A DNA stretch of 64,000 nt from Amoebophrya sp. A120 (Eukaryota; Protista; Dinoflagellata). The stretch is from NCBI GenBank assembly GCA_905178155.1, contig CAJINV010000013.1:548344-612343 (forward strand), read 5' to 3'. A model generated the notes under the pieces. That model searched no databases, was not told the origin of the DNA, and saw nothing but the letters and a program-made list of their open reading frames with translations. The position numbers and the translations under genes were made by a program. This document shows positions 22,169 through 34,900 of the stretch, piece by piece (within the stretch, counting starts at the first letter, position 1; every line of letters starts with the position of its first letter).

Positions 22169-24502
22169 ATGAAATCAGTTGGCTCGCGATCATCAAAGAT
22201 GATTGTTATTCCACCAGGAACAAAAGAAAAAGAAGTATCATTGCGGCCACTAAAACGACCATATCTAATAGCCATCTTCGTTTGCTTTGCTATCGTTGAG
22301 AAAGTCACTGCCATTAGCTTGAACGTTGTCCAAAATTCAAAAAAACGAACAAACGCGGGACGTCTAGATCATGCGCAGCGGAGCAGAGGCAGGACGGGAA
22401 AAACGCAGGAAAGTGAAAATCGCGCCGCGGTGACCTCTAGAGGAACAAAGACATCCACTTCGAAGAAGCAGGGTACAACTACATCAACGCTTGCGGAGCT
22501 TGTGCGTCGAAGAAGTGCCACGATATCTTCGGCTACCTCTAGGCATAAGCTGGCAGAGCTTCTTGCTCTTGGGGATGATTTGGCCCAGGACGCTGGCGTT
22601 TTGCCCGCGGTTCTGCCGCTCGGGGAGCTCTACACCTATGGCGCGCCGAAGGTGACGAAGACAGCGCGGAACCCGGTTCCCAGAGCTAGCACTGCGGGAG
22701 GGCAGGAGGAAGCGAAAAGAGGAGCACCGAACTGCTGGCCCGGGTTGCGCGTGTTCACGTGCCAAAAGTCGGGCGGCGTGTGGTGGTGGGTGGATTTCGC
22801 AGCGCAGTCGGCTTTTCTGGTGGGCAATTGGTACCATCCGGAGATGGACTCACTGGAAATCTTATTGGATTCCACGGGGATCAATGGCGGCTTGGAGCGC
22901 GGACAGTGGGCCACGCTGGAAAGGCAGCTGAAAGAGAACCCGCCTCACATTGATGTAGTCAACAGCCCCGCCGTCGAGTCCATCCCGGCAGAGACAATCT
23001 ACGAGCCCTTCGTACTCCTTGGACCCGACGAAACGCAATATCGCGGCTGCGAAGAATACGCGGCCGACGAGGACAAGCTAAACGATCTGATTGGGTATCC
23101 GAACTGGCAGGGATTTGTGGCGAGTTTGGAGCTGCACAATGAGCCCGCGTATTTTCTCGGCACGACGGCGGTCTACGACCGAAGGGTGAAAAACATCACC
23201 TCGGCGCCCGCACCCTTGACACTCGCCAAGGCAAGCACGTATGCACGCTTGGTGTTCCACGTTTACACCGTCGAGCACAAGGAGGACGCGCACGCACGAA
23301 ATTTTCTGCAGAAGATTCACCATGGCCAAGATCCGGATCATCTTTTCTACTACTTCTACATGAAGTCCATCTCGAAGGTGAGCTTGGTCAGTGTCCTCGA
23401 AAACGACGAGGTGAGCGACACGGACTATTTACTGCTCTCCCAGCACACACAGACCCGACGCTGCGTCCTGCTTCTGTCCGGGACCAACGCGCAGTTTGCG
23501 GCAGACGGCATGTCGGAAATCCAGTCCGAGTTGTTTGGGAGCAACGTGCTCGAGCAGAGCACCGTGGCCAGTTGGTGTGGCGGAGCGCTCACTGAAGTGC
23601 ACTCGGGCTACGTCAACGAGGCGGCGAGAATCATTCACTGCGCCGTGCCCCTGATGGCCAACGCGCTGCAGACGTGCTCCGGGCTGGACGTCGCCGGGCA
23701 CTCCCTCGGCGGGGCCACGGCCACGGTGCTGTACGCCTGCGCGCGCGAGTATTTTGACAGGCGGAAACAACACGAAATTACTATATCGGGTGATGAAAAT
23801 AACGCGGACCACTTGTTCGCGCAGAACAAAACGGAATGGAATGCTAAGCTGCAACAAGAACTGCGAGACACCGATCGGACGCTCGCAAAGCTCGGAGAAC
23901 TGTTTCAGCCGAACGTTTCTGAAGACAATGATGTCGTCGTCGAGGACTATCCAGAAATGTCGGACTACGATTACGGGCACACAGTTACGTTTCGTGCGTC
24001 TTTGAAGGGGGAAGCAGAAAACGGGGAGTATCCGCTGCGAAACGAGTGCGACCGCCAATTGCTGGTCGAAGACTTCCGTGGGAGAACTGCGGAAACACGG
24101 TTCGACATCAAAATCGGCAGTACGACAACGACAACTACCACGGTTGTCTCGGAGAGCGGTGTGAGTATTTTTAGTACAGGAGACGATAACAGTACCGGCA
24201 CAAACAACACTGTTGTTAACGCCAGCAATTACACGACCAGCGCCATAAGTAACACGAGCACGACAACCACCACCACCACCACCACCACCACCAGCACCAC
24301 CAGCACCACCAGCACCACCAGCACCACTGCGATTACTTCTACCAGCGCTGCGTCGCCGGAAAGGGTGAGTAGTGAAGAAGACGAAGAAACGGGGCCTAAC
24401 GCCGATGAGAAAACCGGTTCGGGTCCACAGCATCATCCACCTCCTACCTTTGGTGATGCAGTGGATGAAGATCTTGGCGAGGTGACGCTGGGCTGTTGTT
24501 AA
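22169..24502 (+). CDS. Class-3 lipase-like alpha/beta hydrolase, circularly permuted, with N-terminal hydrophobic segment and Thr-rich tail
   Basis: GHSLGG nucleophile elbow, VHSGY, LSGT; YTYGAP lies N-terminal; intronless 777-aa ORF. Confidence 0.85.
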   Translation: MKSVGSRSSKMIVIPPGTKEKEVSLRPLKRPYLIAIFVCFAIVEKVTAISLNVVQNSKKRTNAGRLDHAQRSRGRTGKTQESENRAAVTSRGTKTSTSKKQGTTTSTLAELVRRRSATISSATSRHKLAELLALGDDLAQDAGVLPAVLPLGELYTYGAPKVTKTARNPVPRASTAGGQEEAKRGAPNCWPGLRVFTCQKSGGVWWWVDFAAQSAFLVGNWYHPEMDSLEILLDSTGINGGLERGQWATLERQLKENPPHIDVVNSPAVESIPAETIYEPFVLLGPDETQYRGCEEYAADEDKLNDLIGYPNWQGFVASLELHNEPAYFLGTTAVYDRRVKNITSAPAPLTLAKASTYARLVFHVYTVEHKEDAHARNFLQKIHHGQDPDHLFYYFYMKSISKVSLVSVLENDEVSDTDYLLLSQHTQTRRCVLLLSGTNAQFAADGMSEIQSELFGSNVLEQSTVASWCGGALTEVHSGYVNEAARIIHCAVPLMANALQTCSGLDVAGHSLGGATATVLYACAREYFDRRKQHEITISGDENNADHLFAQNKTEWNAKLQQELRDTDRTLAKLGELFQPNVSEDNDVVVEDYPEMSDYDYGHTVTFRASLKGEAENGEYPLRNECDRQLLVEDFRGRTAETRFDIKIGSTTTTTTTVVSESGVSIFSTGDDNSTGTNNTVVNASNYTTSAISNTSTTTTTTTTTTTSTTSTTSTTSTTAITSTSAASPERVSSEEDEETGPNADEKTGSGPQHHPPPTFGDAVDEDLGEVTLGCC
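24263..24327 (+). repeat. (ACC)n/(ACCACCAGC)n coding Thr/Ser tract
   Basis: Visible trinucleotide-based repeat. Confidence 0.9.
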
Positions 24503-25495
24503 GCTGCGTGGACTTGGACATCAAGGAGAAATGGAGCGTAATTTTTGTCGCTGTTGACTCTCTTCTTCATTTTTTCTAGAAGTAAGGCACTCTGCATGTT
24601 TTGTATATCAATCTATGATCACGCAAGTAGTCGAACACTCATGAAGCATACAGGCATAGATAAGTCGCGGGTTATTTCAAAAATCAAGTACACTTGTAGT
24701 TTCAGTTTGGCACCCGCACGCATCATGGTCATAGTAGCATGGTTTTCAAGGTCGCATTGTTACACGTGGAGGCAGGTCTCCATTTTCGGTTCGTTTGGTC
24801 CCAGTTCTTTCAACAACGTGGTATTTGGAGATGTCGAACAAGAATTTGAATATGGTTTCCAAGTGAAAGAAGCTGTGTGTGTCCTGATGTTTGCGTAAAC
24901 GTGCGTTCATATCGATTTCAACTGCTGCGGTTGAATCGACTTGGCGGAAAAGGAGGTCAAGAACTTTGTTTCTGAATTAACGAATGAGGATCTATAGGGT
25001 TTCAGCAGCAGCTCCAAATTACAGGTCGCGCATCGTTACAATTCGTGGACGAGCGCAAGGCGAGCCTTATTGAGAGAAGCGCGAGCAGTTGTGTGGAGAT
25101 GCGTATGAGTGTGAGAAGGTGGCTTTCAGTACAACTCAGCGCTCTGCCCCGGCCTAAGCTGATCGTTGCGGCGGCATCGTCTCATATATTTTTTTTCACG
25201 ATTCGCGTGCACGGATCGGGAACGGGATCGGGAGTGGCACACTACCTTGTACCTTACACTCGTTCTCGTCGCATGGGTCTGCTTGGTTTTGGTAAGCAGT
25301 TGTGAAAGTGGATGATATATGGTACATGACTTCATCAAAACTAGTGTGGTGTTGAGCCGATGAGTTGACCTCGCTAGCCACAGGAGGAGTGCCTGGCTTG
25401 CTTCACTCATTGTGCATAAACGCAGCCTGTCCTTGTCGTGCTCGTGCAGAAAACATTTCAGGTAAGAAAGAAAATATATCCATGATGGAACGAAA

Positions 25496-28400
25496 ATGAC
25501 ATCTCTTCAAGGAACGGCGAAGATTTCCATTCGATCGGTGGTCGCGGCGATTATTACGAGTTTCCACTGCAGCTTGTCGTGGTCGTCATATTTGCAAGTA
25601 GGACAAGAACTACGAGTTTCTTTCGCGCGCGCCGCCGCGACCAGAGCGAATGCGCAGGACGAGACGAGTAGCAGTAGCGCTACAACGCATGCAATAAACG
25701 TGGCGGAGCAGGAACGGACTGTAAGTGCTGCTACTTCATCATCGCAAATCCAACAGGAGAACAAGTACCTGGATACAACAAGCGATACCAACGCAGTGCC
25801 GCAACATCTGAGCAATAATGAAGGACGAAAGGCGAGGAGCACACCAGTTGGGGAGGATTTTCTTGTTGCATCTGACGGTAGTATCGGAACGAGTTTTACC
25901 GCCAAAGAGAGTTTTCGACGCAGAAACGATGGGAACAATCAGAATCTACAGCTGCGGGAAAGTGAGACGCGCAAGACCACCAAACGTATTCTGGAACCAA
26001 CACCAGAGTTTTATGGTCAACATCCTCCGAAGAGTCCAGACGGGCTCGGAGAGTTTCTTTTGCCTGGTGGTGTACAGAGATTCTCCTTGTCGTCCGACGA
26101 CAAAGTCTTCCGGAGCAGTGGCGTGCAGACGACGACGTCGTCTTCCGGAGCTGTGGCACTAGAAGAGGCAGCTACAGCTAGTACTAGTAAAAGTTCACCG
26201 ACGTCGGCGGGGCCGGGGGCAAACCCGAACATGCTGAGCAAGATGAACAACCTGGTCGGCAGGTCTTCTTCGAGCAAAAATCCCGGCCAGCACCCGCCTC
26301 GCCTTCTGCGCCGGATGAGTGACGACCCGGTACAGTTGTCGTTGGGCGTTGATGACTTCGGTGAAAAAGTAGATACTGGCAACGTATTAGAAGCACAAAA
26401 AATGGCATCTTCAAGCGACAGCACGATTAAAAACGACGTAAACAAAGATCCTGCACCAGGCCCGACTCAAAAACATTCTCCCATACTAACCGCTGATGTC
26501 GTCGACAGCAGGAGCTGGAACTACAAGCAGCACGCATCAGCATTTTCATCTCCTTCAGACGATTTTTACTTCGGAGGGACAAATCTGGGAGAGCAGGCAA
26601 GGTCGTCTGGCGGAGAAGAAAGCGGCCTGTCGTGGTCTTCACAGCGCGATGTCCATGTGGTCGTCGATCCGTTGAGTGACGAATACGTGAAAAACGGAGA
26701 TGCAAATAAAATGAATTCCTACGCCGGGAAGAAGAGCCAGGATTCAACAATTCTCTCCACAACTTCTTCCTCCGATACAACAGCATTGCCTGCTTCCCCT
26801 GAAGAAACTGCAGCAACTTCTACTGACGGCAAAGAGATGAAACAAAAACAAGCGAGTTCCGGACCCGGAGAAATAAGCGGTCCCCACAAAGGAAATACAG
26901 GACGAACCGGTGGGACCACAGCGAGCAAGGCGAAAGCCGAAATCGACAATAAGCGTTCGTTTTCCGCTATTTTCTCCACTGTTTTTTCCAACGTGCTCAG
27001 CTACTTCTTTGCCGAGGAGTCCTCGTCTGACGGCGCGATCACCGGTGCCGGTTCTTTGGTGAGACAAGTTCTCGAAGGCACCGGTTTGGAGCGCGACCCG
27101 CACCAGACCCTGCCGTCCTCCGACCTGGAGTACACCCTGCGCAAGCGGTTAAACACCCAGGACCTGGCGGTGTTGCTGTTGCTCGTCACGTTTTACTGGA
27201 GCTCGCTGTTTCTGGGGATGCAGTTGGTGTACCGCCTGTCGAAGAATGATTCCTCGGTGAAGTACTACAACAACGCCAGAGGAGTGTACTCAATCACGGA
27301 CAAAAGCAGTGAAGAGCACGACGAGGATCTCAATTTTCTAGGGGAAGCGGATGAAAAGAGCCGTCCGTTAAAGACTGCTCCTAGCACTTCCACTTTCTCT
27401 AAGAATAAATCCAGGAAAGAAGAAGAAGAAGTGGCTGCGGCTGTTGCAGTTTCATCAGAGAGTAAGACCATGTGCGAGACTGGGCAAGGCGCGGGGGCAG
27501 TGCTTGCCGAGGAGGCTCTATTGCAACGAAAAGATTCTGATTCTTCCTTACCTCAGCCTTCGCCGTCACAACACCCGGCACCGTCTGCTTCGAGGAGGTT
27601 TTTCCCAAGAGATGAAAACACTACTACACCACCAGAACCACCAGCGGCACCAACTGCACAAGACAGTCCAACGACCAGCACGATCGGCCCACCGGAAGAA
27701 CGTTCCCACTTTATGAACTTGATTTCCGGCAATTCTACTATTTTTACCAGCACATCAGGAGGAGCTCTCTTCACAAAATTGATGAGTTTCCTGCTTCTCT
27801 GTTACACTTGCTGTGCGCGATTTCTCCGCAGTGTGAAGACCAAGCTCTGCAGCCCGGGGCTCTGCTCCTTGTTCTACATCGCCGTTCCGCAGACGAACTG
27901 TCAGGAGCTGCTGTTTTGCGACACCGAATTCGATTGGGACGCGTTTCAGAAGTCGTTTTTTTCGCCGCCCGCGGAAGTGAAGCTGCGGATCCGAGGGTGG
28001 AAAAACTCGGTGTTGTACGACCAACAGATGGGCGGGAGCCAGCAGCAATCCAGGAATGCTTCTTCCCACGTTCGCGGCGGCAGTAGTACACCGGCAACTA
28101 CCCGAGGATTGTTTGGCGGCGGAGCTGGCGGCGTTACCAGTGCAGCACCTGGAGGTAGAAATTCACCAACAACTACAGCGAACACAACAAACGAAGTTGC
28201 TCCGCCACCAGCAGGCAACACCAGCGCTTCGATGGCCTCTCTGAACAACATTGCGAGCTCGTTTTTTCAGGCCATTGTGCCACTTCCGACGTCGATCTTC
28301 AGCAGTGGCAGTGTGACGGTGAATGCCAGCAGTCCTCCGGGGAGGACAAACGGGAATGATTATACCAGTAGTAGCACGACGACGACAACGACTGCCGTCG

Positions 28401-30343
28401 GTCGTGATGCTGGCGTGGGGACGAGCAACACCGTTCCTGCAATTCGTGGGACGATGTTGAATACGACGACCGGCGGGGGTGGTTCAAATCAAACGAACGA
28501 CACGAATAGGACAATTTCATACAGCCAAGAAGTAGAACCACATCAAATAACTGCGTCGAACACGACTACAGCAACAGCAACAGGAAGCACAAGTACTACA
28601 GCCTTTCGTAGTGGTAGAGCAAGTCATCTGAGTCCTCCTCCGTCACGCCCAGCTACAAGTCCATCCCGGGCACTCGATTCAAACACGGTAATATTAAATC
28701 CCAGTCCGACTGCTCAACAAGCGTCATCCCGGAGCCGCAGTTCCGGTGGCCGCGGTCGGGCGCGCGGCGGGGGCCGGGCGGGCAACAATAACAGCAGCGC
28801 GACAACGAGAAATTCTACTTCTTCATCTTCTGGTGTGCCAGGAGTGGGAAATAATGCTGGGACGACTGCTCCTGGTCATCGTGGTCCTTCAACAGCTTCG
28901 ATTGCCAATGGGAATGCAACAGCGAGTTCTGCAGGAACTCCTGGTCCTTCACCTTCTGTAACAAAGAAACTTACGCCGGCGTTCGACATTGTCCTGGATC
29001 TGAAAGACTTCATTGTCGCAGCGGAAGAAGCTGAATCTTCTGGTGAATTACACGGAGCTGGAAATCTTCTAGAACAAGCCCCCGGGGGCCGTGGTCATCG
29101 TGAGACGAGTTTAATACGGGATGAGGACCACTGCACATCGCCGGCGGTTCAGGAGCGCGTGGCGCGTGCCGAAAGGGACCAGCAGCTCCTCATCGCCGCA
29201 TACTTGACGGACAACTTCAGCAAGAGCTCTTATGCGACGAGCCAGCAGAGTTTCCTGCTGCCAAAACACCTTCGGACAACGATGAAAAGCAGTACTTTTA
29301 CAAAGCACGGATTGTACTATGATCGAGAAGACGATACGAACGCCTTGTACAACTGCGGTACTAGTAAATGTAAATCAGAACAATCAGGTTGTTCTGGATA
29401 CAAAAATAATCCAGCTTCGGCATGGTCCGCAGGGAGTTGTGCCAGCTGGATTTGTTCGTTCTTCCCTACCGTCGGCACGGACGACCTGAATGTGCTGCAG
29501 ATCACGAAGCAGATTAGCTGGGAGAAGAAGGAATTTCAGAAGTTACAGAAAAAACTGAAAAACTTCCTGGAGACCGAGCTGTCCTTTCCTTGCCACGTCG
29601 TGAGCACCGTCAGCGAAAAGTACAACTACCACGCTAGCAAGTCGTCCGCGATGAGCAGTAGCAGCACGACGTCGTCGATCAACAGCTTTCTGAATCTGAA
29701 GCCCTCGACCAATATTTTCGACCGCAATCCCCGGGCGGTCGCCACTGCGTTCCGGAACAATTTGAACCTGGTTGAGTTGCAGTTCACGGAGAAGCAGGTG
29801 CTGCACGTCCAGAAAAACAAGCCACTCGGAAATTTTCTCCGGAACCAGACCACTGCGATTCTGTTCGCCGCGTCCTTCGTGTTTCTTTGGTTTTACCTAC
29901 TCTACGTGCATGTCTACACGAATCTGTTCCGGGTGACAAGGAAATTCAAAGTCAAGGTCATATCGTAGGAAAAAAGTGTTTCACTGTAAGCATTCACTTT
30001 GCATCAAGCTGGGCAAGAACACAAGTTTGCTCTACATGACAAAAAGTATTTGCAATGCAAGGTCGTAGTTCCATAGAGAAAAGACGAATGAAAATCCACC
30101 GTCTTGTTTGTGTAGAACGACAGAGATGAAACTCTGCTGCTTTGCGTGCTCTGCACGACAAGTTTACCGTGAAACAGGTTTTGCTTTGCATAAGTCAAGG
30201 CCGAGGACTACTGGCACACCTTGACGCCGGACTTGCGTCGAATCTTCCAGCAGGTGCCAAGGGTCGCAGCTCCGGGACTTGCTACAACAAGGCCGACGGC
30301 GGGGGGCGGAGCGGGCGTTGGTGGGGGAAGTGCAGGTAGGTGA
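25496..30343 (+). CDS. Large hypothetical membrane protein with low-complexity insertions; final exon about 30198-30343
   Basis: 1490-aa ORF with a signal-like N-terminus and TM segments; continues in frame (KAEDYWHTL...) after the 29961 introner. Confidence 0.75.
29961..30192. mobile_element. Introner (232 bp), TSD ggtca/agtca
   Basis: TAT..aaaagtgtttcactgtaa / ttaccgtgaaacaggtttt..cATA; an in-frame GT-AG alternative exists at 29957-30199. Confidence 0.8.
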
Positions 30344-31920
30344 GAGAGCAGTGATGAGTGTGCGGGTTCACGTACTAAGTTCACTACACTGCAAGAAATC
30401 ATGTCACTAGTAGGTGGATGTGAATGTGTAAGATGATTGAACTTGATGACTTTTTTCCATGTTTCAACAACTTCTACAACCGGCAGGAACTTTTCTAAAT
30501 GCAATGTAGGATGCGGATGCGTATCATACGCGGTTCATTGTCGTTGTATTTAAATGTAATGCGGGGCGGGTCTTTATTTCCCATCCGCCGTTCTGAAGAT
30601 AATGCGTGTAAGTGCATAAACAAAAGATGTCGACGCTGTACTTCTTAGGGAAAGAATTTACGTCGCAAGCGTTTAGTTAGAAAAAGAAAAAGAATAAAAA
30701 ACTTGTCACTGTGGCGATGTTAGTTTCGAATTCCAAGAAAGCACTTTCACTCCGGAGGCGAGAGATCTTAACCTGACAAAGATGGAGAGGCTTTTACTAC
30801 TTCATTCCCAGTTCGTGGCTTGAGCCGCCGCAGCAAATTCATGGAAAAATTTGTTCTTTGGAACCGAACAGCAGAAGACTCTCAACGTACGTTCGGTGAT
30901 CCGCGTACAACCTTTTTGGATTCGGTCTGTTCACTGAGAATAAATCCATCATGCCTGCTTGCACTTGTTGTCGGCCACCAGAGACGAACTAGTAGATCGG
31001 TGCTCGGTACTGTGAAAAATGCTTATGCTTTGTTGAAAAATGCTAAAGAGACCTCGGTTGTTATTTCTCGTTGAGAAGCTCCACCAGCCTCTTTCCGTCT
31101 CTGTGTCCTTCGGCATGTGATATTATTATTTCGGTTTGTTTTAGTTTTCCCAACGTCGTCAAGCATATATACTCACGTAAAAATCGGTCAATTTATCTGA
31201 TGAAAAGTATGGCTTTATTCGGTTTCGGAACAGTTATTAATGTATCGTGCAGGAGCAGAGAGCATGCACATAGTATGTAAAGTTGTGTACGCATGAAGAT
31301 GCGCTCTTCGACTTCGGTGGATGATGGTGCAACCGTTCCTATTGTCGTCCATGAAAACGAACCATCGTAATAAATTCGTGCAACATGATCATTCACTTTC
31401 ACTCGTGCAACAAGTGCTGGTTTCTTCCTCTCGAGTCTTCGAGCTTTTGTACTTCAGCCTGGAAAGGGTTTACTCGTCCTTGATTTCTTTGCATTGTATC
31501 TATTCGCTCCACAGCCTGACTAAATCCCACTATTCCCATTCTTGATTTGTCCCTATCTATCACATGCTATTACCCCCACAACTTGTGCCTCCTAGTCCTA
31601 TTTTTTTATGTTCATTCTGTGCAAGCAGCAAAAGCAATTTCATTTTCCAAAAATGCTGCAAGGATAAATAATTTTGGTACTGCTCTTTATTGTTTTTCCC
31701 CGTTTTTCCTTTCACGTTGCAAGCATGAGCATGTGCACCTTCGCGTGCGTAGTCTACCGCCCCATACCCCACAGCAGCTTTCCGCAATAACGGAGATCAT
31801 GAACACAAAAATTCTTGCGCAGGACATGATCTTCCCTCTTCCGAAGAACAGTCTGTATGGAGCATTGGGAGGCCACTAACAAAAGTGGGGCTCTTTTGAG
31901 GAAACGAAAAACTTGACGCG

Positions 31921-34900
31921 ATGGAAGGCGACGTGGAACAAGGAACGAGTGAGGACTGGCACAGCGGGCCCGAAGATGATACTGCAAACATGCACAACAT
32001 GATTCCAGACGAGAGGGAGCCAGCGCGACTACAACGGGCTGCTGGTGATGTTGCTATGCAAAAGGACCAGCCGTCACAACTGCCCTCGAGAAGGCGGGGC
32101 GAGGGTAGCGCGGTCTTTGTACCGAGCGTGGCCGGAATAACCCGACTAAATTGGCCCCGTGGAAGGGGCTCCGGGGAGCTTCATAGCAACCAGAAACTAC
32201 TGATGCGCAGCAGGAGTAGCGAAGTGTTGCGGCTGGTGAACGGCGTTTTTCCACGGAGATCGGTTGCCGAAGAAGATGAAAATGTTGGGAACGAGAACCC
32301 GCCAAACAGCCCGCGAGACGAGTTCGCAAAGAGCCCGCGGGACGAACACCGTGGCGCAGACAAGCGCAAGTCAGTGCTAGATGCAGCCAAAAACGCGGTG
32401 CAAAATATTCAGCCACCCGAGGCGTTGAGAAAGACGGGACACACACTGACAACGACCGCCGAGCTGGCCCTGGCAGCCGTGACCTGGTATCCACTAGAAA
32501 CAAATCACCTGTACTTCTTCTAGCATAATTGTACTGCCAAAGAAACGCCTACGCCGCGCCTACATTTGTGACGCTGGCATAGAATTCGCACAAAAACATA
32601 AACGCCACACCCGACTACATGCACTCTGATCGACGACGAGGAGCACGCGTCGATCCTCATTAGACAGAAACACAGCCGCGAGCATTCGAGATGAAAAGCA
32701 GTCTTTTTGATGTGTTTGTCGCATATGCATAAAAAAATTTTTTTCGTTTGGTGAGCATGAAAATTGAAATCCAAATCCCCATTCTTTCATCATAGATAAT
32801 TATGCTAGAAGGTTTTTTCATTTTCTGTGTGATACTTGGCCTCTTCGGAAGGAGCACCCGCGGCGGTCCATGCATAAGCACGACCTGCATCTGCGCAACG
32901 TGTTGGTGGATCCGCACAGACACGAGGTGGGTCCGCATGAGGATGATCCGGACCTCCAGAATAGAAGAATTCAAATAGACACCGACGAAATCCCCATAGA
33001 GGTGAGCACCGGGAATGAAGATGGTACCAGAACGAAAAGCAGCGCACGCGCAGCAGGGACGCCCTCGGAAGGCGGGGGCCCGCGTAGTAGGAATAAAGCA
33101 GTAGAAGGCTCAGGAGCAGAGGGGCGGCCACAAAGTGGAAGAACGAACAACAGCAGTGAAGATCGGCTGACGCACGAGGAGCACGAGCATATTTTCAACA
33201 AAATCCACGACTCGCACATGAACAACGACCAGTGTCGGGAGGTCTACGCCCACCTCAGCGACGTCGGACGGCAGCAGGACCTGTGGCGGCGGACCGGGCT
33301 GGACAGCAAGAAGTGGCAGACGAAGGTTCTGCAGGACGACCGCGTGGAAGGGGCCTTCGTGCTGATTCTCGCCACGTACATGGTGTTTCTATCCACTGCA
33401 AATATGTCTGGGTCTGGAACAAGGTTGGAACTTCTATCTAATGCTAGCTTTCCATACAACCTAGAAGCTGGAGATCTGTACTGCATAGCCAACAATATTA
33501 AAAGTCTCAGCCTCTTTTGTACATGCAAAAACGCAGTTTCTTCTACTCATGTGGATCGTGCCTATGAGAAAGAAGTGTTCTCCTGAAAAGTTGTCATGCT
33601 GTGTTGCATTCGGAACTGTTCACATCATCCCCCTTTCAGCATAACAAGTTTCATCCAGACCCGGACATATTTGCATTTGATAGTTTCTCGGCACGTACGA
33701 CGACGAGAGCGACGATCAGTCTTTTTCCAACTTTCACTTCTGGCGGGGCGTGGACTTTTTCTTCTTCGTCTGCTTTTTGAGCGACACGGTGCTGCGGGTT
33801 TGCGCCTACAAGAATCCGCGGCGGTTCTTCCTGGAGGGCACATTATGGAGCAACATGCTGGATGTGGCCGTGCTGATCGAGCACTTCAGCTCGCTGATCA
33901 TCTACCCCCTGCTGATCGAGCAGGGCGTGATGCCGGAAACGTGGAACTGGATGGGCATGCTGCGCATCATGCGGTTCGGGCGCCTGATGCGGTGGCAGGA
34001 AATCCGGGAGCAGATTCTCATCCTGCAGGCCGCCACGCGGGCCGCGCGGATGCTGCTGCTCTTCATGGCGGTGGAGATCATCTGCGTCGCGGCGCTGATC
34101 ATGCTCTACAAAAACGAGTACCTCAGCGGCACCTTCAACGACGCCTTTCTCGACCAGACATTTGAAAACTACCTGCAGACGATCCTGGCCCTGAACCAAA
34201 TGATTTTCACGGACTCCACGTTCGCCATACTCACCGCCATGTACCGCGAAGGGAACAACGTGCTCGGGTCGCTGCTCTGGCTGCACACGCTGACGGGCGC
34301 GATCATGATCACGAACCAGTTGATTGGCATAGCGACGGACGCGATGTCCAGTCTGATGGACAGCGAGCGCGCGGCGGACACCGCGATGCGGTTCTGGAAG
34401 CTGGCGCAAATCTGGGTGACGGAGTACGGGCAGCCGGACTGGAAGCTGCAGCGCGCACTGGAGCTGGAGGCGCAGGAGGCACGGATGCTGCTGAAGCGGT
34501 CCAGCACGCTGATGCACGAGGCACAGGACGGCACCATCGAGATGAACCTCACCGGGGACGGGGACGAAGAGGACCAGTTTCTGGACTTCAAGCTCGACAA
34601 ATACCTGAAAGAGGAGGAGAACATTCTGCGCAACGCTTCCCGCTTCGACAGTTTCTTTAGCGACGACGGGGAGGAGGGCGGGGCAGCATCAACATCTCCG
34701 AGGGAAAGAAGAAGTGGCCAGGGAGCTGCAGTCGCGCGGGACCACAAGCAGGGAAACCAGAACGACGGCCACTCTGGCAGTCATTTGGCTGTTCCCGCGA
34801 CGGTGATGTCCCCGCGCACCCCCATGTCTTACTCGTCTCCCCGCACAACAATTTCTTCTCCGGTTAATAACACGACAACCACAGTTGAAGTTGACTATAC

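Noticed and set aside
30400-31900. Small ORFs in AT-rich spacer DNA
   Set aside because: Composition is unlike the GC-rich exons and there are no motifs; treated as intergenic, as are 1-780, 5600-6800 and 46100-47100.
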